A stretch of DNA of 64,000 nt from Bacteroidota bacterium. GTDB taxonomy: Bacteria; Bacteroidota; Rhodothermia; Rhodothermales; JANQRZ01. The position numbers and the translations under genes are program-made. The DNA lies in the NCBI GenBank assembly GCA_038746285.1, contig JBCDKT010000003.1:80003-144002 (forward strand), given 5' to 3'. Under the pieces are notes generated by a model. That model was not told the origin of the DNA and did no database searches. It saw only the letters and a program-made list of their open reading frames with translations. Below are positions 35,516 through 45,166 of this stretch, piece by piece (within the stretch, counting starts at the first letter, position 1; every line of letters starts with the position of its first letter).

Positions 35516-35594
35516 GGCTCGCCACCGGCATCGAGATGGCCGACCACAACCCGCACGCGGAGCGCTTCAACCCCGGCGTGCTCCAGACGTGAGG
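35516..35594 (+). repeat. 79-bp direct repeat, copy B (orphan copy of the carboxyltransferase 3' end)
   Basis: Encodes ...LATGIEMADHNPHAERFNPGVLQT* in the carboxyltransferase frame, versus ...LATGIEMADHNPHVPRFNPGVLQT* in the intact gene. Confidence 0.85.
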
Positions 35595-35627
35595 AACGGC
35601 TAGGCTCCCGGTGCCGTTCGAGGCAGC

Positions 35628-35945
35628 ATGGATACGTCTGTTGCCTACCCGCACATCGAGGTCGACGAAGCCGGCATCGCGCGCGTCGGAGCAACCCGGC
35701 TAAAGGTGCTCCACCTCGTAGCCGCGCAGCGGGCCTACGGGTGGAGTCCGGCCGAACTGCACTTCCAGTACCCGTCGCTCTCGATGGCGCAGGTGCACGC
35801 GGCGCTCGGCTACTACTGGGACCACCGCGAAGCCCTAGACGCAGCGCTCGATGCAGCGCTGGAGTCGGCAGAACGGGCCCGGCCCGGCCTTAAAGAGCCA
35901 GAAGGGCTCCGCGCCCGGCTGCGTTCGCTCCGAGACGCTTCGTGA
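35628..35945 (+). CDS. DUF433 domain-containing protein (antitoxin-like)
   Basis: ORF track 105 aa. ...GIARVGATRLKVLHLVAAQRAYGWSPAELHFQYPSLSMAQVHAALGYYWDH matches the DUF433 pattern. Confidence 0.72.
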   Translation: MDTSVAYPHIEVDEAGIARVGATRLKVLHLVAAQRAYGWSPAELHFQYPSLSMAQVHAALGYYWDHREALDAALDAALESAERARPGLKEPEGLRARLRSLRDAS

Positions 35946-36200
35946 GTGTCGGGCTGCTCACCGATCACCACGTCCCACGGGCCATCGTAAACGGCCTCCG
36001 GCTTCGCGGGGTGGACGCCGGTCTCCTCCGAGAAGCGGCAGGACGTCAGCGCGCCGGACAGTCGTTCGGTGGTGTGATCTACGCATAACCCACTGCGCGT
36101 TCTCATCGGTGCGTGCGGGGCCGACTTCACGTCGGTCGCGGAGGCGACGATACCAGGGGCGCTGGACGACACCGATCTGTTCCTGCCGCTCTCGCGTTCA
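35942..36200 (+). pseudogene. DUF5615 (PIN-like) toxin remnant, frameshifted and truncated
   Basis: GTG overlaps the DUF433 stop (GTGA). The first frame gives VSVGLLTDHHVPRAIVNGLRLRGVDAGLLREAAGRQ..., ending at TAA 36086-36088 after 48 codons. A second frame continues with ...LRVLIGACGADF.... Full-length family members run about 110 aa. Confidence 0.4.
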
Positions 36201-36332
36201 CCAGCCACCTACATCCTCAGGCGCCCGTCCCGGAACGGTTTAGGCTTCCGAGTCCGTCTGACAGGGCACGACGGAGGCGGCGGGGACGTTGGTATATTTC
36301 GCGCTCTCCCCCCGACGGCATCCTCGACTCTC

Positions 36333-37565
36333 ATGGCTAGCACTACCCCGGCCGCGCGCGGCCCGCGTCTCAACCTCCCGATCTTCCTGCTCGCGCTCGT
36401 GGGCCTGATGATCGTCGTCCACCTCTGGGTCCAGAGCCAGGCGAACTTCGCCTTCGGCTGCACCGGCGCGGGCGACACCCAGAGCGGCAGCGGCTGCGCC
36501 GACGTCACCTCGAGCGCCTACAGCACCTTCCTCGGCGTCGACGTGCTCGTCTGGGGCGGGCTGTTCTACCTCACCGTGGCCGCGCTCCGCTTCGGCGCGG
36601 CCCTCCTGAAGGCGCCGACGAGTGAGACGCTGCGCAAGGCCAGCTTCTGGGCGGTCAGCGCCGGGTTCGCGTTCGCGCTCTACCTCGTCAGCGTGCAGAC
36701 TTTCCTGCTGACGCAGTTCTGCGCGCTCTGCCTCTTCTCCTCGCTCACGACGGCGACCCTCTTCGCGCTCCACCTCGTCGAGCGGGCGAAGGGGCCAGGG
36801 CGGGACGTGGTGGTGAGCACGGCGCTGCGGCCCTACGCGCTCGGCCTCGTCGCGCTCGTCGTGCTCGCCGGGGCCGACGTGGCGCTCGCGCCGGAGCCCG
36901 AGGCGGCGGCCTCGACGTTCACGCCGGGCGTGCAGCGCGTCTCGGCCGAGACCGCCGAGTGCCACTACGACTACGAAACGCCGCGCTTCCCCGTCTTCGA
37001 CCAGTTGATCTCGATGGACACGCCCTACGAGGGCAGCGCCGACGCGCCGGTCCGCATCATGAAGATCTTCGACCCCAACTGCCCGCACTGCAAGACGCTC
37101 CACGACGCGCTCGAAACCATCCTCCCGCAGATCGAGGACCAGGCGAAGGTCTACTACAAGCCCTACGCCATCTGGGACTACTCCGTCCCGCAGTCGCAGG
37201 CGCTTTACCTCGCCGCTGAGGAGGACAAGTTCGCCGAGATGCTGAACCTCCAGTTCGAGAACCAGCGGCCCGGCATCGGGCTCTCGGTGAGCCAACTCGC
37301 GGACGCCTCCCGGCGGATCGGGCTCGACTCCGACCGGGTCCGGCAAGAGCTGAACAACCGGAAGTACGTGGGCCTGATCCAGGAGGAGAACCAGATCATC
37401 TCGCAGGGCGGCATCCGCAGCGTGCCGAAGCTCGTGATCGAGGGCCGGGTGCTGGCCAACACGCGCACGACCTGGACGGCGGACTGCATCGGCCGGCTCG
37501 TGGAGCACGCGGCCCAGGAGAAACGGCAGGCGGCGGAGACGGCGTCCGCGTCCGTACCCGAATAG
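36333..37565 (+). CDS. Vitamin K epoxide reductase (VKOR) domain fused to a DsbA-like thioredoxin domain
   Basis: ORF track 410 aa. VKOR TM region with CTGAGDTQSGSGC and CALC. C-terminal thioredoxin fold with CPHC. Confidence 0.8.
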   Translation: MASTTPAARGPRLNLPIFLLALVGLMIVVHLWVQSQANFAFGCTGAGDTQSGSGCADVTSSAYSTFLGVDVLVWGGLFYLTVAALRFGAALLKAPTSETLRKASFWAVSAGFAFALYLVSVQTFLLTQFCALCLFSSLTTATLFALHLVERAKGPGRDVVVSTALRPYALGLVALVVLAGADVALAPEPEAAASTFTPGVQRVSAETAECHYDYETPRFPVFDQLISMDTPYEGSADAPVRIMKIFDPNCPHCKTLHDALETILPQIEDQAKVYYKPYAIWDYSVPQSQALYLAAEEDKFAEMLNLQFENQRPGIGLSVSQLADASRRIGLDSDRVRQELNNRKYVGLIQEENQIISQGGIRSVPKLVIEGRVLANTRTTWTADCIGRLVEHAAQEKRQAAETASASVPE

Positions 37566-37589
37566 CTCCTCCCCACACCGCCGGTACCT

Positions 37590-37617
37590 GTAGGGGCGTA
37601 TTGCGATACGCCCCTAC
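37590..37617. repeat. GTAGGGGCG-type palindromic element (terminator-like hairpin)
   Basis: GTAGGGGCGTAT-TGCG-ATACGCCCCTAC, a perfect 12-bp stem between two plus-strand genes. Confidence 0.75.
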
Positions 37618-37634
37618 GTATTTCTCCGACCTCC

Positions 37635-40163
37635 ATGCGTTTCTGCCTCGCCCTGCTGCTCCTCGTGCCCGGTGCCTTCGCGCAGCCGATGCCGCTCGCG
37701 ACCGACTTCACCGCCCCGGGCACGACCGGTTACAATCCGGCGATCCCGACGCCCGAAGAGGTTATCGGCCACGTCATCGGGACGCGCCACACGCGGCCGG
37801 AGCAGGTAGTCCGGTACCTGGAGGCCGTCGCCAAGGCCAGCCCGCGCGTCACGGTCGGCGAGCACGGGCGGACGTGGGAGGGACGCCCCCTCGTCCATGC
37901 GGTCGTCGCTGCCGAGGGAACCGACCTGGAGGCCCTGCGCGAGGCTAACCTTCGGCTGAGCGATGCGCCGGACGCGGTGAGCGACGCCGCGCTCGGGGCG
38001 ATGCCGGCCGTGGCCTACATGGGCTACGGCGTACACGGCAACGAGGCGAGCGCGACCGAGGCAGCCCTCCTGCTCCTCTACCACCTCGCCGCCGGACAGG
38101 GACCGGCCGTCGACGCCGTCCTCCAGAACACCGTCGTCCTCATCGACCCGCTCCTCAACCCCGACGGGCGCGACCGCTTCGTCGACTGGGTCAACGGCAA
38201 CCGGGGCGGGACCGACGGCGTGCCTTCGCTCGACGGGCAGGACCGCGAGCACAACGCGCCGTGGCCCGGCGGCCGGACCAACCACTACCTCTTCGACCTC
38301 AACCGCGACTGGCTCCCGCTCGTCCACCCGGAGTCGCGCGGCCGGATGGAACTGTGGCACAGCTGGCGGCCCCAGCTCTCGACCGACTTCCACGAGATGG
38401 GCGGCGACGCGACCTACTTCTTCCAGCCCGGCGTCCCGAGCCGCAACAACCCCAACACGCCGGAGCGGACGTTCGACCTCACGGCCGAGATCGCGACCTA
38501 TCACGCGGCAGCGCTCGACCGGATCGGGCAGCTCTACTACTCCGGCGAGACGTTCGACGACTTCTACTACGGCAAAGGCTCGACCTACCCTGACGTGAAC
38601 GGGGCCGTTGGGATTCTCTTCGAGCAGGCCAGCAGCCGCGCCCTCGCCTCGGAGACCGTCAACGGCGTGCTCGACTACGCGGTGACCGTCCGCAACCAGG
38701 TCGCGACCAGCCTCTCCTCGCTCGAGGCCGCCGCCGCGATGCGGACCGACCTCCTCCGGCACCAGCGCGACTTCTACGCCTCGGCCTCGGACGTGGCCCA
38801 GGAGTCCGACGTGCAGGGCTATGTCGTCGGGGCCGAAGACCGGGCCCGAGCGGCCCACTTCGCGGACGTGTTGGAGCGGCACCGGATCGAGTCGTACCTC
38901 CTGAGCGAACCTATCGAGGCCAGCGGTGAGCGGTTCGAGGCGCGGGAGGCGTTCGTCGTCCCGATGGATCAGCCGCAGGCGCGGCTCGTCAAGGCCGCCT
39001 TCGAGCGGGTGACGAGCTTCGAGGACTCGCTCTTCTACGACGTCTCGACGTGGACGCTGCCGCTGGCTTACGGGCTGCGCTACGCTGAGCTAGACCGGCT
39101 GCCCGGTTCAGACGGGGCGCTCGCGTCATCCCTCGGCCAGTCGAATCCACCCACGCTCGGCAGGGCCGAGGTCGCGTATGTCATTCCATGGGAAATGACG
39201 CTCGCACCGCGCGTGCTCGCACGGCTGCAGGAGGTTAGAATCCGCGTCCGTATGGCCGTGGAGCCGCTCGGGCTCGGGCAGGCGTACGGTTTCGGCCGGG
39301 GAGCGCTCGTGATACCGGTAGAGCAGGCCGATGTCGACCCAGAGACCGTGCACCAGACCCTGCAGGATATGGCGGTCTATCACGGAGTCGACGTGACACT
39401 ACTCGGCAGCGGGCTGACGCCGGACGGGCCAGACCTCGGGAGCCGGTCGATGTCGGTGCTGGAGATGCCGCGCGTGGCGCTGCTCTCGGGCGAGGGTACG
39501 GACGTGTACAACGTCGGTCAGGTGTGGCACCTGCTTTCTCAGCGCGCCGGGCTGCCTGTCTCGCTTCTCGACCGAGACGAGGTCAGTGGGGCGGACCTCA
39601 GCCGGTACAACGTCATCATCGCTACGGGCTTTTTCCGAGGGCTGGACGGAGCCGCTGAGGAAAGCCTGAAGTCGTGGGTGCAGCGCGGCGGCACCCTGGT
39701 CGCCACCGAGCAGGCTGCGGCCTGGGCTGCGCGCAACGGACTCGGAGCATGGACCCGGCGCGAGGCGTCCGAGGACAGCGTGGTCCGCCCCTACGCCGAG
39801 GTGGACGCGGCGCGCGGTGCGCAGGTCGTCGGTGGGGCGATTGTCGAGGTCGCGCTCGACGAGACGCACCCGCTCGCGTTCGGGCACCCGGAGCGCGTGG
39901 CGGTCTTCAAGAACAACGCGCTCGCCTTCGACCTGCCGGACGCGCCCGGGTCGAGCGTCGCGGCCTACACGGCCGGTCCGCTCGTGAGCGGCTACGTCTC
40001 GGACGAGAACCTGGCGCGGTTCGCGGGCGGCTCGGCGATCACGGCGCAGCGCCTCGGCCGGGGCCGCGTCGTCCTCTTCGACTTCGACCCGGCGTTCCGC
40101 GGGTTCTGGTGGGGGACGCAGGGGCTCCTCCTCAACGCCGTCTTCTTCGGCGGCGCGTTCTGA
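37635..40163 (+). CDS. M14-family zinc carboxypeptidase-like protein (large, secreted)
   Basis: ORF track 842 aa. Signal peptide. YMGYGVHGNEASATEAAL (HxxE zinc motif), IDPLLNPDGRDRF, DFHEMG. Confidence 0.82.
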   Translation: MRFCLALLLLVPGAFAQPMPLATDFTAPGTTGYNPAIPTPEEVIGHVIGTRHTRPEQVVRYLEAVAKASPRVTVGEHGRTWEGRPLVHAVVAAEGTDLEALREANLRLSDAPDAVSDAALGAMPAVAYMGYGVHGNEASATEAALLLLYHLAAGQGPAVDAVLQNTVVLIDPLLNPDGRDRFVDWVNGNRGGTDGVPSLDGQDREHNAPWPGGRTNHYLFDLNRDWLPLVHPESRGRMELWHSWRPQLSTDFHEMGGDATYFFQPGVPSRNNPNTPERTFDLTAEIATYHAAALDRIGQLYYSGETFDDFYYGKGSTYPDVNGAVGILFEQASSRALASETVNGVLDYAVTVRNQVATSLSSLEAAAAMRTDLLRHQRDFYASASDVAQESDVQGYVVGAEDRARAAHFADVLERHRIESYLLSEPIEASGERFEAREAFVVPMDQPQARLVKAAFERVTSFEDSLFYDVSTWTLPLAYGLRYAELDRLPGSDGALASSLGQSNPPTLGRAEVAYVIPWEMTLAPRVLARLQEVRIRVRMAVEPLGLGQAYGFGRGALVIPVEQADVDPETVHQTLQDMAVYHGVDVTLLGSGLTPDGPDLGSRSMSVLEMPRVALLSGEGTDVYNVGQVWHLLSQRAGLPVSLLDRDEVSGADLSRYNVIIATGFFRGLDGAAEESLKSWVQRGGTLVATEQAAAWAARNGLGAWTRREASEDSVVRPYAEVDAARGAQVVGGAIVEVALDETHPLAFGHPERVAVFKNNALAFDLPDAPGSSVAAYTAGPLVSGYVSDENLARFAGGSAITAQRLGRGRVVLFDFDPAFRGFWWGTQGLLLNAVFFGGAF

Positions 40164-40217
40164 GCGGGTGGGTGCGGTCTGGCGTAGATTGAGGCCGTCG
40201 CCCGCTTCCCTGTCTCG

Positions 40218-41231
40218 ATGAGTCCCGTCACCGACGCCGTTTCGAGGTTCTACGCCTGGCTCCTGGAGTTCACCACCCTGAGCGGGGCCATGCTGAACGA
40301 TGTCCTCGGCACGCTCGCGGTCATCCTCGTGCTGTGGGCGCTGCGCCTCGTCGTGCTGCGCCTCGTCAACCGGCGGGCGACCGACGCGCGCACGAAGTAC
40401 CAGTGGCGCAAGACGACGGCCTACACCGCCTTCGTGCTCGGCCTCCTCGTCGTCGTGAACATCTGGCTCGACGAGTTCGGCGAGGTCGGGACGTTTCTCG
40501 GGCTCGTCTCGGCCGGCGTGGCGATCGCGCTCAAGGACCCGCTGACGAACATCGCCGGGTGGAGCTTCATTGTCTGGCGCAAGCCCTTCGGGCCGGGCGA
40601 CCGAATTGAGATTCTCGGGATCGCGGGCGACGTGATCGACCAGCGGCTGTTCCGGTTCACGCTCCTCGAAGTCGGGACCTCGACCGGGGCGGCGCAGTCG
40701 ACGGGCCGGATCGTCCACGTCCCCAACGGCAAGGTCTTCACCGAGCCGGTGACGAACTACACGCGCGGCTTCCCCTACATCTGGAACGAGATCGCGGTCG
40801 TGGTGACGTTCGAGAGCGCGTGGCGCGACGCCAAGGAGATCCTCTTCGGAATCGCCCACGACAAGGTCGAGGAGCTGAGCCCCGACGCCGAGCGCAAGGT
40901 CCGGCAGGCGGCGCAGGAGTACCTCATTTTCTACTCCAAGCTCACCCCGACGGTCTACACGAGCGTGGTCGACGTGGGCGTGCAGTTCGTCGTCCGCTAC
41001 CTCGTCGAGCCCCGCCGCCGGCGCGGGAGCGAGGAGCTGCTCTGGGAGACCATCCTCGACGCCTTCGACGCGCGCGACGACATCGACCTGGCCTACCCGA
41101 CGGTCCGCTACTTCCACAACGTCACCGAGGGCAAGCCGGGTGCCCGAGCGACGCCGCCGGCGTTTGGCGGCAACGGCAGTGGGCAGAAGACGGAGGACAG
41201 CGGACCGAAGACGGGCAACGAGGCCCTGTAG
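40218..41231 (+). CDS. Mechanosensitive ion channel (MscS family)
   Basis: ORF track 337 aa. TM helices, then GVAIALKDPLTNIAGW...PGDRIEI...GDVIDQRLFRFTLLE...VHVPNGKVF. Confidence 0.85.
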   Translation: MSPVTDAVSRFYAWLLEFTTLSGAMLNDVLGTLAVILVLWALRLVVLRLVNRRATDARTKYQWRKTTAYTAFVLGLLVVVNIWLDEFGEVGTFLGLVSAGVAIALKDPLTNIAGWSFIVWRKPFGPGDRIEILGIAGDVIDQRLFRFTLLEVGTSTGAAQSTGRIVHVPNGKVFTEPVTNYTRGFPYIWNEIAVVVTFESAWRDAKEILFGIAHDKVEELSPDAERKVRQAAQEYLIFYSKLTPTVYTSVVDVGVQFVVRYLVEPRRRRGSEELLWETILDAFDARDDIDLAYPTVRYFHNVTEGKPGARATPPAFGGNGSGQKTEDSGPKTGNEAL

Positions 41232-41256
41232 GGGCGACCCCACGTGGTCGCCCTAG
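41229..41256. repeat. GTAGGGGCG-type palindromic element (imperfect)
   Basis: TAGGGGCGACC-CCACGT-GGTCGCCCTA overlapping the mscS-like stop codon. Lies between convergent genes. Confidence 0.6.
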
Positions 41257-41350
41257 TCACCCGCAGCGGTGCTGCGCTGAGGACGAGGTCCCCTTTGGGT
41301 GCGGCACCGCCGCGCCTCTACGTCGGGGAGGCGAGCCGTACGGGAGAGGT

Positions 41351-41821
41351 CTAGCGCGCCTCCTGAACCGACAGCCGCCCGAGGCGGACGCCGTCGCCGT
41401 CGGCGGAGCGCACCTGGAGCGTCGGGCCCTCGATCTCGAACCGAGTGGCTTGGGAGAGTTCCTGGAGCAGGATGCCGCCCAGCCGCCGGCTCTCCTCCGA
41501 CTCGCTGATCAGGGTCGAAACGAAGCGGTCACTGACGGCGAGGCTCCCGTCTTCGGAGGCCGTGTACTCTCCGGTGTAGGCGTTGGGCGGGATGCGTCCG
41601 CTGAGCATCCCGTCGGCGGAGAAGTAGACCGGAAAAGCGCCGGACGGGAACTGGATGGCCTCGCCGCCGGAGACGGCCGCGACGACGATCCACCCGTCGG
41701 CTGACTGGAGCACCGCGAGGTCGGCCGTGGCGTTCGGGAGGGCGGGGAGCGCGTCGGACGGGCTGAACGAGTCACAGCCCGCGAGGAGGCACGCAGCGAG
41801 GCAGAGCAGGAGAGCACGCAT
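41351..41821 (-). CDS. META-domain (HslJ-like) lipoprotein
   Basis: ORF track 156 aa. Lipobox LLAGC. The pattern [19 protein letters not shown]...STLISESE...[15 protein letters not shown] resembles the META domain. Confidence 0.55.
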   Translation of the reverse strand: MRALLLCLAACLLAGCDSFSPSDALPALPNATADLAVLQSADGWIVVAAVSGGEAIQFPSGAFPVYFSADGMLSGRIPPNAYTGEYTASEDGSLAVSDRFVSTLISESEESRRLGGILLQELSQATRFEIEGPTLQVRSADGDGVRLGRLSVQEAR

Positions 41822-41950
41822 GGCAGCAAGGAAACAGTGGACCTCAACATAGCCGGCGGCTCGGTGCCACGCAATCCGAATCGCCGTGCCCTGGGAACCG
41901 GAACGCAGGCCGGGACGCGCCGTACCGCCGGTTCACCTCGCCCGACCGCC

Positions 41951-44086
41951 ATGCCCAACCGCCTCGCCGACGCGCTCAGCCCGTACCTCCTCCAGCACGC
42001 CGACAACCCCGTCGACTGGTATCCGTGGGGCGACGAGGCGTTCGAGAAGGCCGAGCGCGAGGACAAGCCCGTCTTCCTGTCGGTCGGCTACGCGACGTGC
42101 CACTGGTGCCACGTGATGGAGCACGAGTCGTTCGAGGACCCGGACGTGGCGCGTCTCCTCAACGAGCACTTCGTCCCGGTCAAGGTCGACCGCGAGGAGC
42201 GGCCTGACGTGGACGCGCTCTATATGTCGGTCACGCAGGCGCTGACCGGCCACGGCGGCTGGCCGATGACGGTCCTCCTGACGCCCAGCAAGAAACCGTT
42301 CTACGCCGGGACCTACTTCCCGAAGCACGGCCGCGCCGGCCGGCCCGGGATGATGGAGCTTCTACCGAGCGTCGCGGCGCAGTGGCGCGCCAACCGCGAC
42401 AAGGTGGCCGGCTCCGCCGAGCGCATCACCGAGGCCGTCCGCGACGGGCTGGCCCAGGAGTCGGCCCCCGGCGGCACGCTCGACGCCCACACCCTCGCTC
42501 TCGCCTACAACCAACTTGCCGGGCGCTTCGACGAGGAGGCGGGCGGGTTCGGCGGGGCACCGAAGTTCCCGACCCCGCACCACCTCCTCTTCCTCCTCCG
42601 CGAGGCGCAGCGGGCCGGGACCGAGACGGTCGTCGGGCGGCGGGCGCTGCGGATGGTCGAGGAGACGCTCGGCGCGATGCGGCGCGGCGGGTTGTGGGAT
42701 CACCTCGGCTTCGGCTTCCACAGGTATTCCACCGACCGCGTGTGGAAGCTGCCGCACTTCGAGAAGATGCTCTACGACCAGGCGCTCCTGGCGATGGCGT
42801 ACACCGAGGCGTTCGCGCTCACCCGCAACGAGGCCTACCGCCGCACGGCCGAGGACGTTTTCGCCTACGTCGCGCGCGACCTGACCAGCCCGGACGGCGC
42901 GTTCTTCTCCGCCGAGGACGCGGACTCGCTCAACCCCGAGGACGAGAAGGAGGAGGGCGCGTTCTACGTCTGGACCTGGGACGAGGTGATCGAGACGCTC
43001 GGCCCGCAGGACGGCGCGTTCGCCGCGGCGCTCTTCAACCTGGAGCGCGAGGGCAACGTCCGGGACGAGGCGACGCGTGAGCTGACCGGCCAGAACGTCC
43101 TCTTCCGCACGGCGGACGACGCCGAAGCCGCCGACCGCCTCGGCGTGCCCGAGGCCGACCTCCGCGACCGGATCGGCGGGATCCGGCAGCGCCTCCTCAG
43201 CGCCCGCGCCGGGCGCCCGCGTCCGCTCCTCGACGACAAGGTCCTCACCGACTGGAACGGGCTGATGATCGCGGCCCTCGCCCGCGCCGCGTGGACCTTC
43301 GACGCGCCCGAGTACGCCGGGCGCGCGGCCCGCGCAGCGGATTTTCTCCTCTCGACGATGCAGACCAAGCCTGTCCCCGCGCAGGCGGGGAACGGCCGCC
43401 TGCTCCACCGCTACCGAAAAGGCGAGGCCGGCATCCCGGCACTCCTCGACGACTACGCCTTCCTCGTCTGGGGCCTCGTCGAACTCTACCAGGCGACGTT
43501 CGAGCCCCGGTGGCTCCGCGCCGCGCTCGACCTCCACCGGACCATGCACCGGCACTTCGGCGACGACGCGCGCGGCGGCCTCTTCCTCTCGCCCGACGAC
43601 GGCGAGGTACTTCTCGTCCGGCAGAAGGCGTACTACGACGGCGCGATCCCGTCGGGCAACGCGGTCGCCGCGCTGAACGGGCTACGGCTCGGACGGCTGA
43701 CGGGCGAGACGGCGCTCGAAGACGAGGCTGGGCGCGTCCTCCAGTCGGCCGCCTCCGCTGCCGAGCAGCCGATGGGCCACACGATGGGGATGGTCGCCCT
43801 CGCCTTCGCGACGGGTCCGAGCCAGGAAATCACGGTCGCCGGCGAGCCGGGCGCGGCCGACACCGACGCGCTCCTCGGTGCGCTCCGCACGCGCTACCTC
43901 CCGAACGCCGTCGTCCACCTCCGCCCGCCCGACGCCGACACCCTCGCCGACCTCGCACCCTACACCGAGGCGCAGGCGGTGCAGGGCGGGGCGGCGACGG
44001 CCTACGTCTGCGAGGACTTCGCCTGCCAGCAGCCGACGACCGATCCCGCCGACCTCGCGCGCCAACTCGACGCCGCCACAGGCTGA
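41951..44086 (+). CDS. Thioredoxin-domain protein of the DUF255/YyaL family
   Basis: In-frame ATG 41951 of ORF 41837..44086. [52 protein letters not shown], followed by a six-hairpin-glycosidase-like region. Confidence 0.85.
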   Translation: MPNRLADALSPYLLQHADNPVDWYPWGDEAFEKAEREDKPVFLSVGYATCHWCHVMEHESFEDPDVARLLNEHFVPVKVDREERPDVDALYMSVTQALTGHGGWPMTVLLTPSKKPFYAGTYFPKHGRAGRPGMMELLPSVAAQWRANRDKVAGSAERITEAVRDGLAQESAPGGTLDAHTLALAYNQLAGRFDEEAGGFGGAPKFPTPHHLLFLLREAQRAGTETVVGRRALRMVEETLGAMRRGGLWDHLGFGFHRYSTDRVWKLPHFEKMLYDQALLAMAYTEAFALTRNEAYRRTAEDVFAYVARDLTSPDGAFFSAEDADSLNPEDEKEEGAFYVWTWDEVIETLGPQDGAFAAALFNLEREGNVRDEATRELTGQNVLFRTADDAEAADRLGVPEADLRDRIGGIRQRLLSARAGRPRPLLDDKVLTDWNGLMIAALARAAWTFDAPEYAGRAARAADFLLSTMQTKPVPAQAGNGRLLHRYRKGEAGIPALLDDYAFLVWGLVELYQATFEPRWLRAALDLHRTMHRHFGDDARGGLFLSPDDGEVLLVRQKAYYDGAIPSGNAVAALNGLRLGRLTGETALEDEAGRVLQSAASAAEQPMGHTMGMVALAFATGPSQEITVAGEPGAADTDALLGALRTRYLPNAVVHLRPPDADTLADLAPYTEAQAVQGGAATAYVCEDFACQQPTTDPADLARQLDAATG

Positions 44087-45154
44087 CTACTCCAGCCGCG
44101 CCGACTCGTCGCCGAGGATGCGGTGCCAGAGGACGGGGAAGGCGGCGGGGTCGACCGACGGCCGGCCCTGTTGGAACGAGACGGCTCCGCCGGGCTCGCG
44201 GACGAGGCGGAACGGGAAGATGTAGCCGCCCTCGCGGTCGCTCAGCCACCCGTCGGTGCGGCCGAAGCGGATGTCGTTCAGGACGAGGCCGACCGGCTCG
44301 GCATCGGTGGCGGTGTGGCCGGGATCGGGGCGCATGACGTAGAAGCCCTGCGAGAACCACAGCAACGCCTCGCCCGCCCGCGTCTCGCGGTACGGGTCGA
44401 AGAGTGCGCTCTCCTGCGGGACGCGCCGGAACGAGATCGCCCGGTCGCGGTCGAGCAGGCCGTAGCTGCCGACGAGGAAGGCGTCGTCCACGTCGACCGT
44501 CACGTTCCACAGCACGGTCTGGAGCGGGGCCGGTACGGTCAGCACCGCCTCAGCCTCGATGCCCTGCGCCCGAAGGGTCTCCGCCACCACGCGCCCGACG
44601 TGGGCCTTCACCCCAAGCGCCCACCCGACGTAGAGCGTGCTCAGCCCCAGTCCGACCCATGCCAGCCGGTGCCGCCGCTCGGGGGCTTTCAGGAAGAGGC
44701 CACCCACGACCGCCACGACGAGGGGGAGCGAGTAGAGCGGGTCGATGATGAAGAGCGCCGGGACCGCCACCGGGAGATCCGAGAACGGACGGAAGAGTTG
44801 CGTGCCGTAGACCGTGAGCGCGTCGAGGAGCGGGTGCGTGAAGAGGCACCAGAAGAAGAGGGCCGCCCAGCCGCGCCACCCGGCCTCGGCAGCGGGCGCG
44901 CCGCGGGCGCGGTAGCGCCGCCACACGAGCCAGCCGAAGAGCGGTGCGGCGACCGGGGCGAACAGCAGCGCGTGCGTTGGCCCTCGGTGGAAGACGAGCT
45001 CGCCGACCGGGTCGAGGAAGGGATAGGCGAGGATGTCGAGGTCGGGGAGGGTGCCGGCGAGCGCGCCCCAGCCCAGCGCCTTGCGACCGACTTTCTTTCC
45101 TAGCGTCGCCTCGCCGACGGCTGCACCGAGGAGGGCCTGCGTCAGCGAGTCCAC
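44087..45154 (-). CDS. Membrane-bound metal-dependent hydrolase (DUF457/YdjM family)
   Basis: ORF track 355 aa. MDSLTQALLGAAVGEA...GALAGTLPDLD...HRGPTHALLF. Confidence 0.75.
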   Translation of the reverse strand: MDSLTQALLGAAVGEATLGKKVGRKALGWGALAGTLPDLDILAYPFLDPVGELVFHRGPTHALLFAPVAAPLFGWLVWRRYRARGAPAAEAGWRGWAALFFWCLFTHPLLDALTVYGTQLFRPFSDLPVAVPALFIIDPLYSLPLVVAVVGGLFLKAPERRHRLAWVGLGLSTLYVGWALGVKAHVGRVVAETLRAQGIEAEAVLTVPAPLQTVLWNVTVDVDDAFLVGSYGLLDRDRAISFRRVPQESALFDPYRETRAGEALLWFSQGFYVMRPDPGHTATDAEPVGLVLNDIRFGRTDGWLSDREGGYIFPFRLVREPGGAVSFQQGRPSVDPAAFPVLWHRILGDESARLE

Positions 45155-45166
45155 GGTGCCGCCTCC

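Noticed and set aside
33129-41243. Long minus-strand ORFs 33129..34997, 36240..37508, 37614..38882 and 39399..41243 (422-622 aa).
   Set aside because: All lie antisense to plus-strand genes with clear family motifs (carboxyltransferase, VKOR-DsbA, M14 peptidase, MscS). Their sequences are Arg/Gly/Asp/Val-rich without recognisable domains, so they are GC-driven shadow ORFs.
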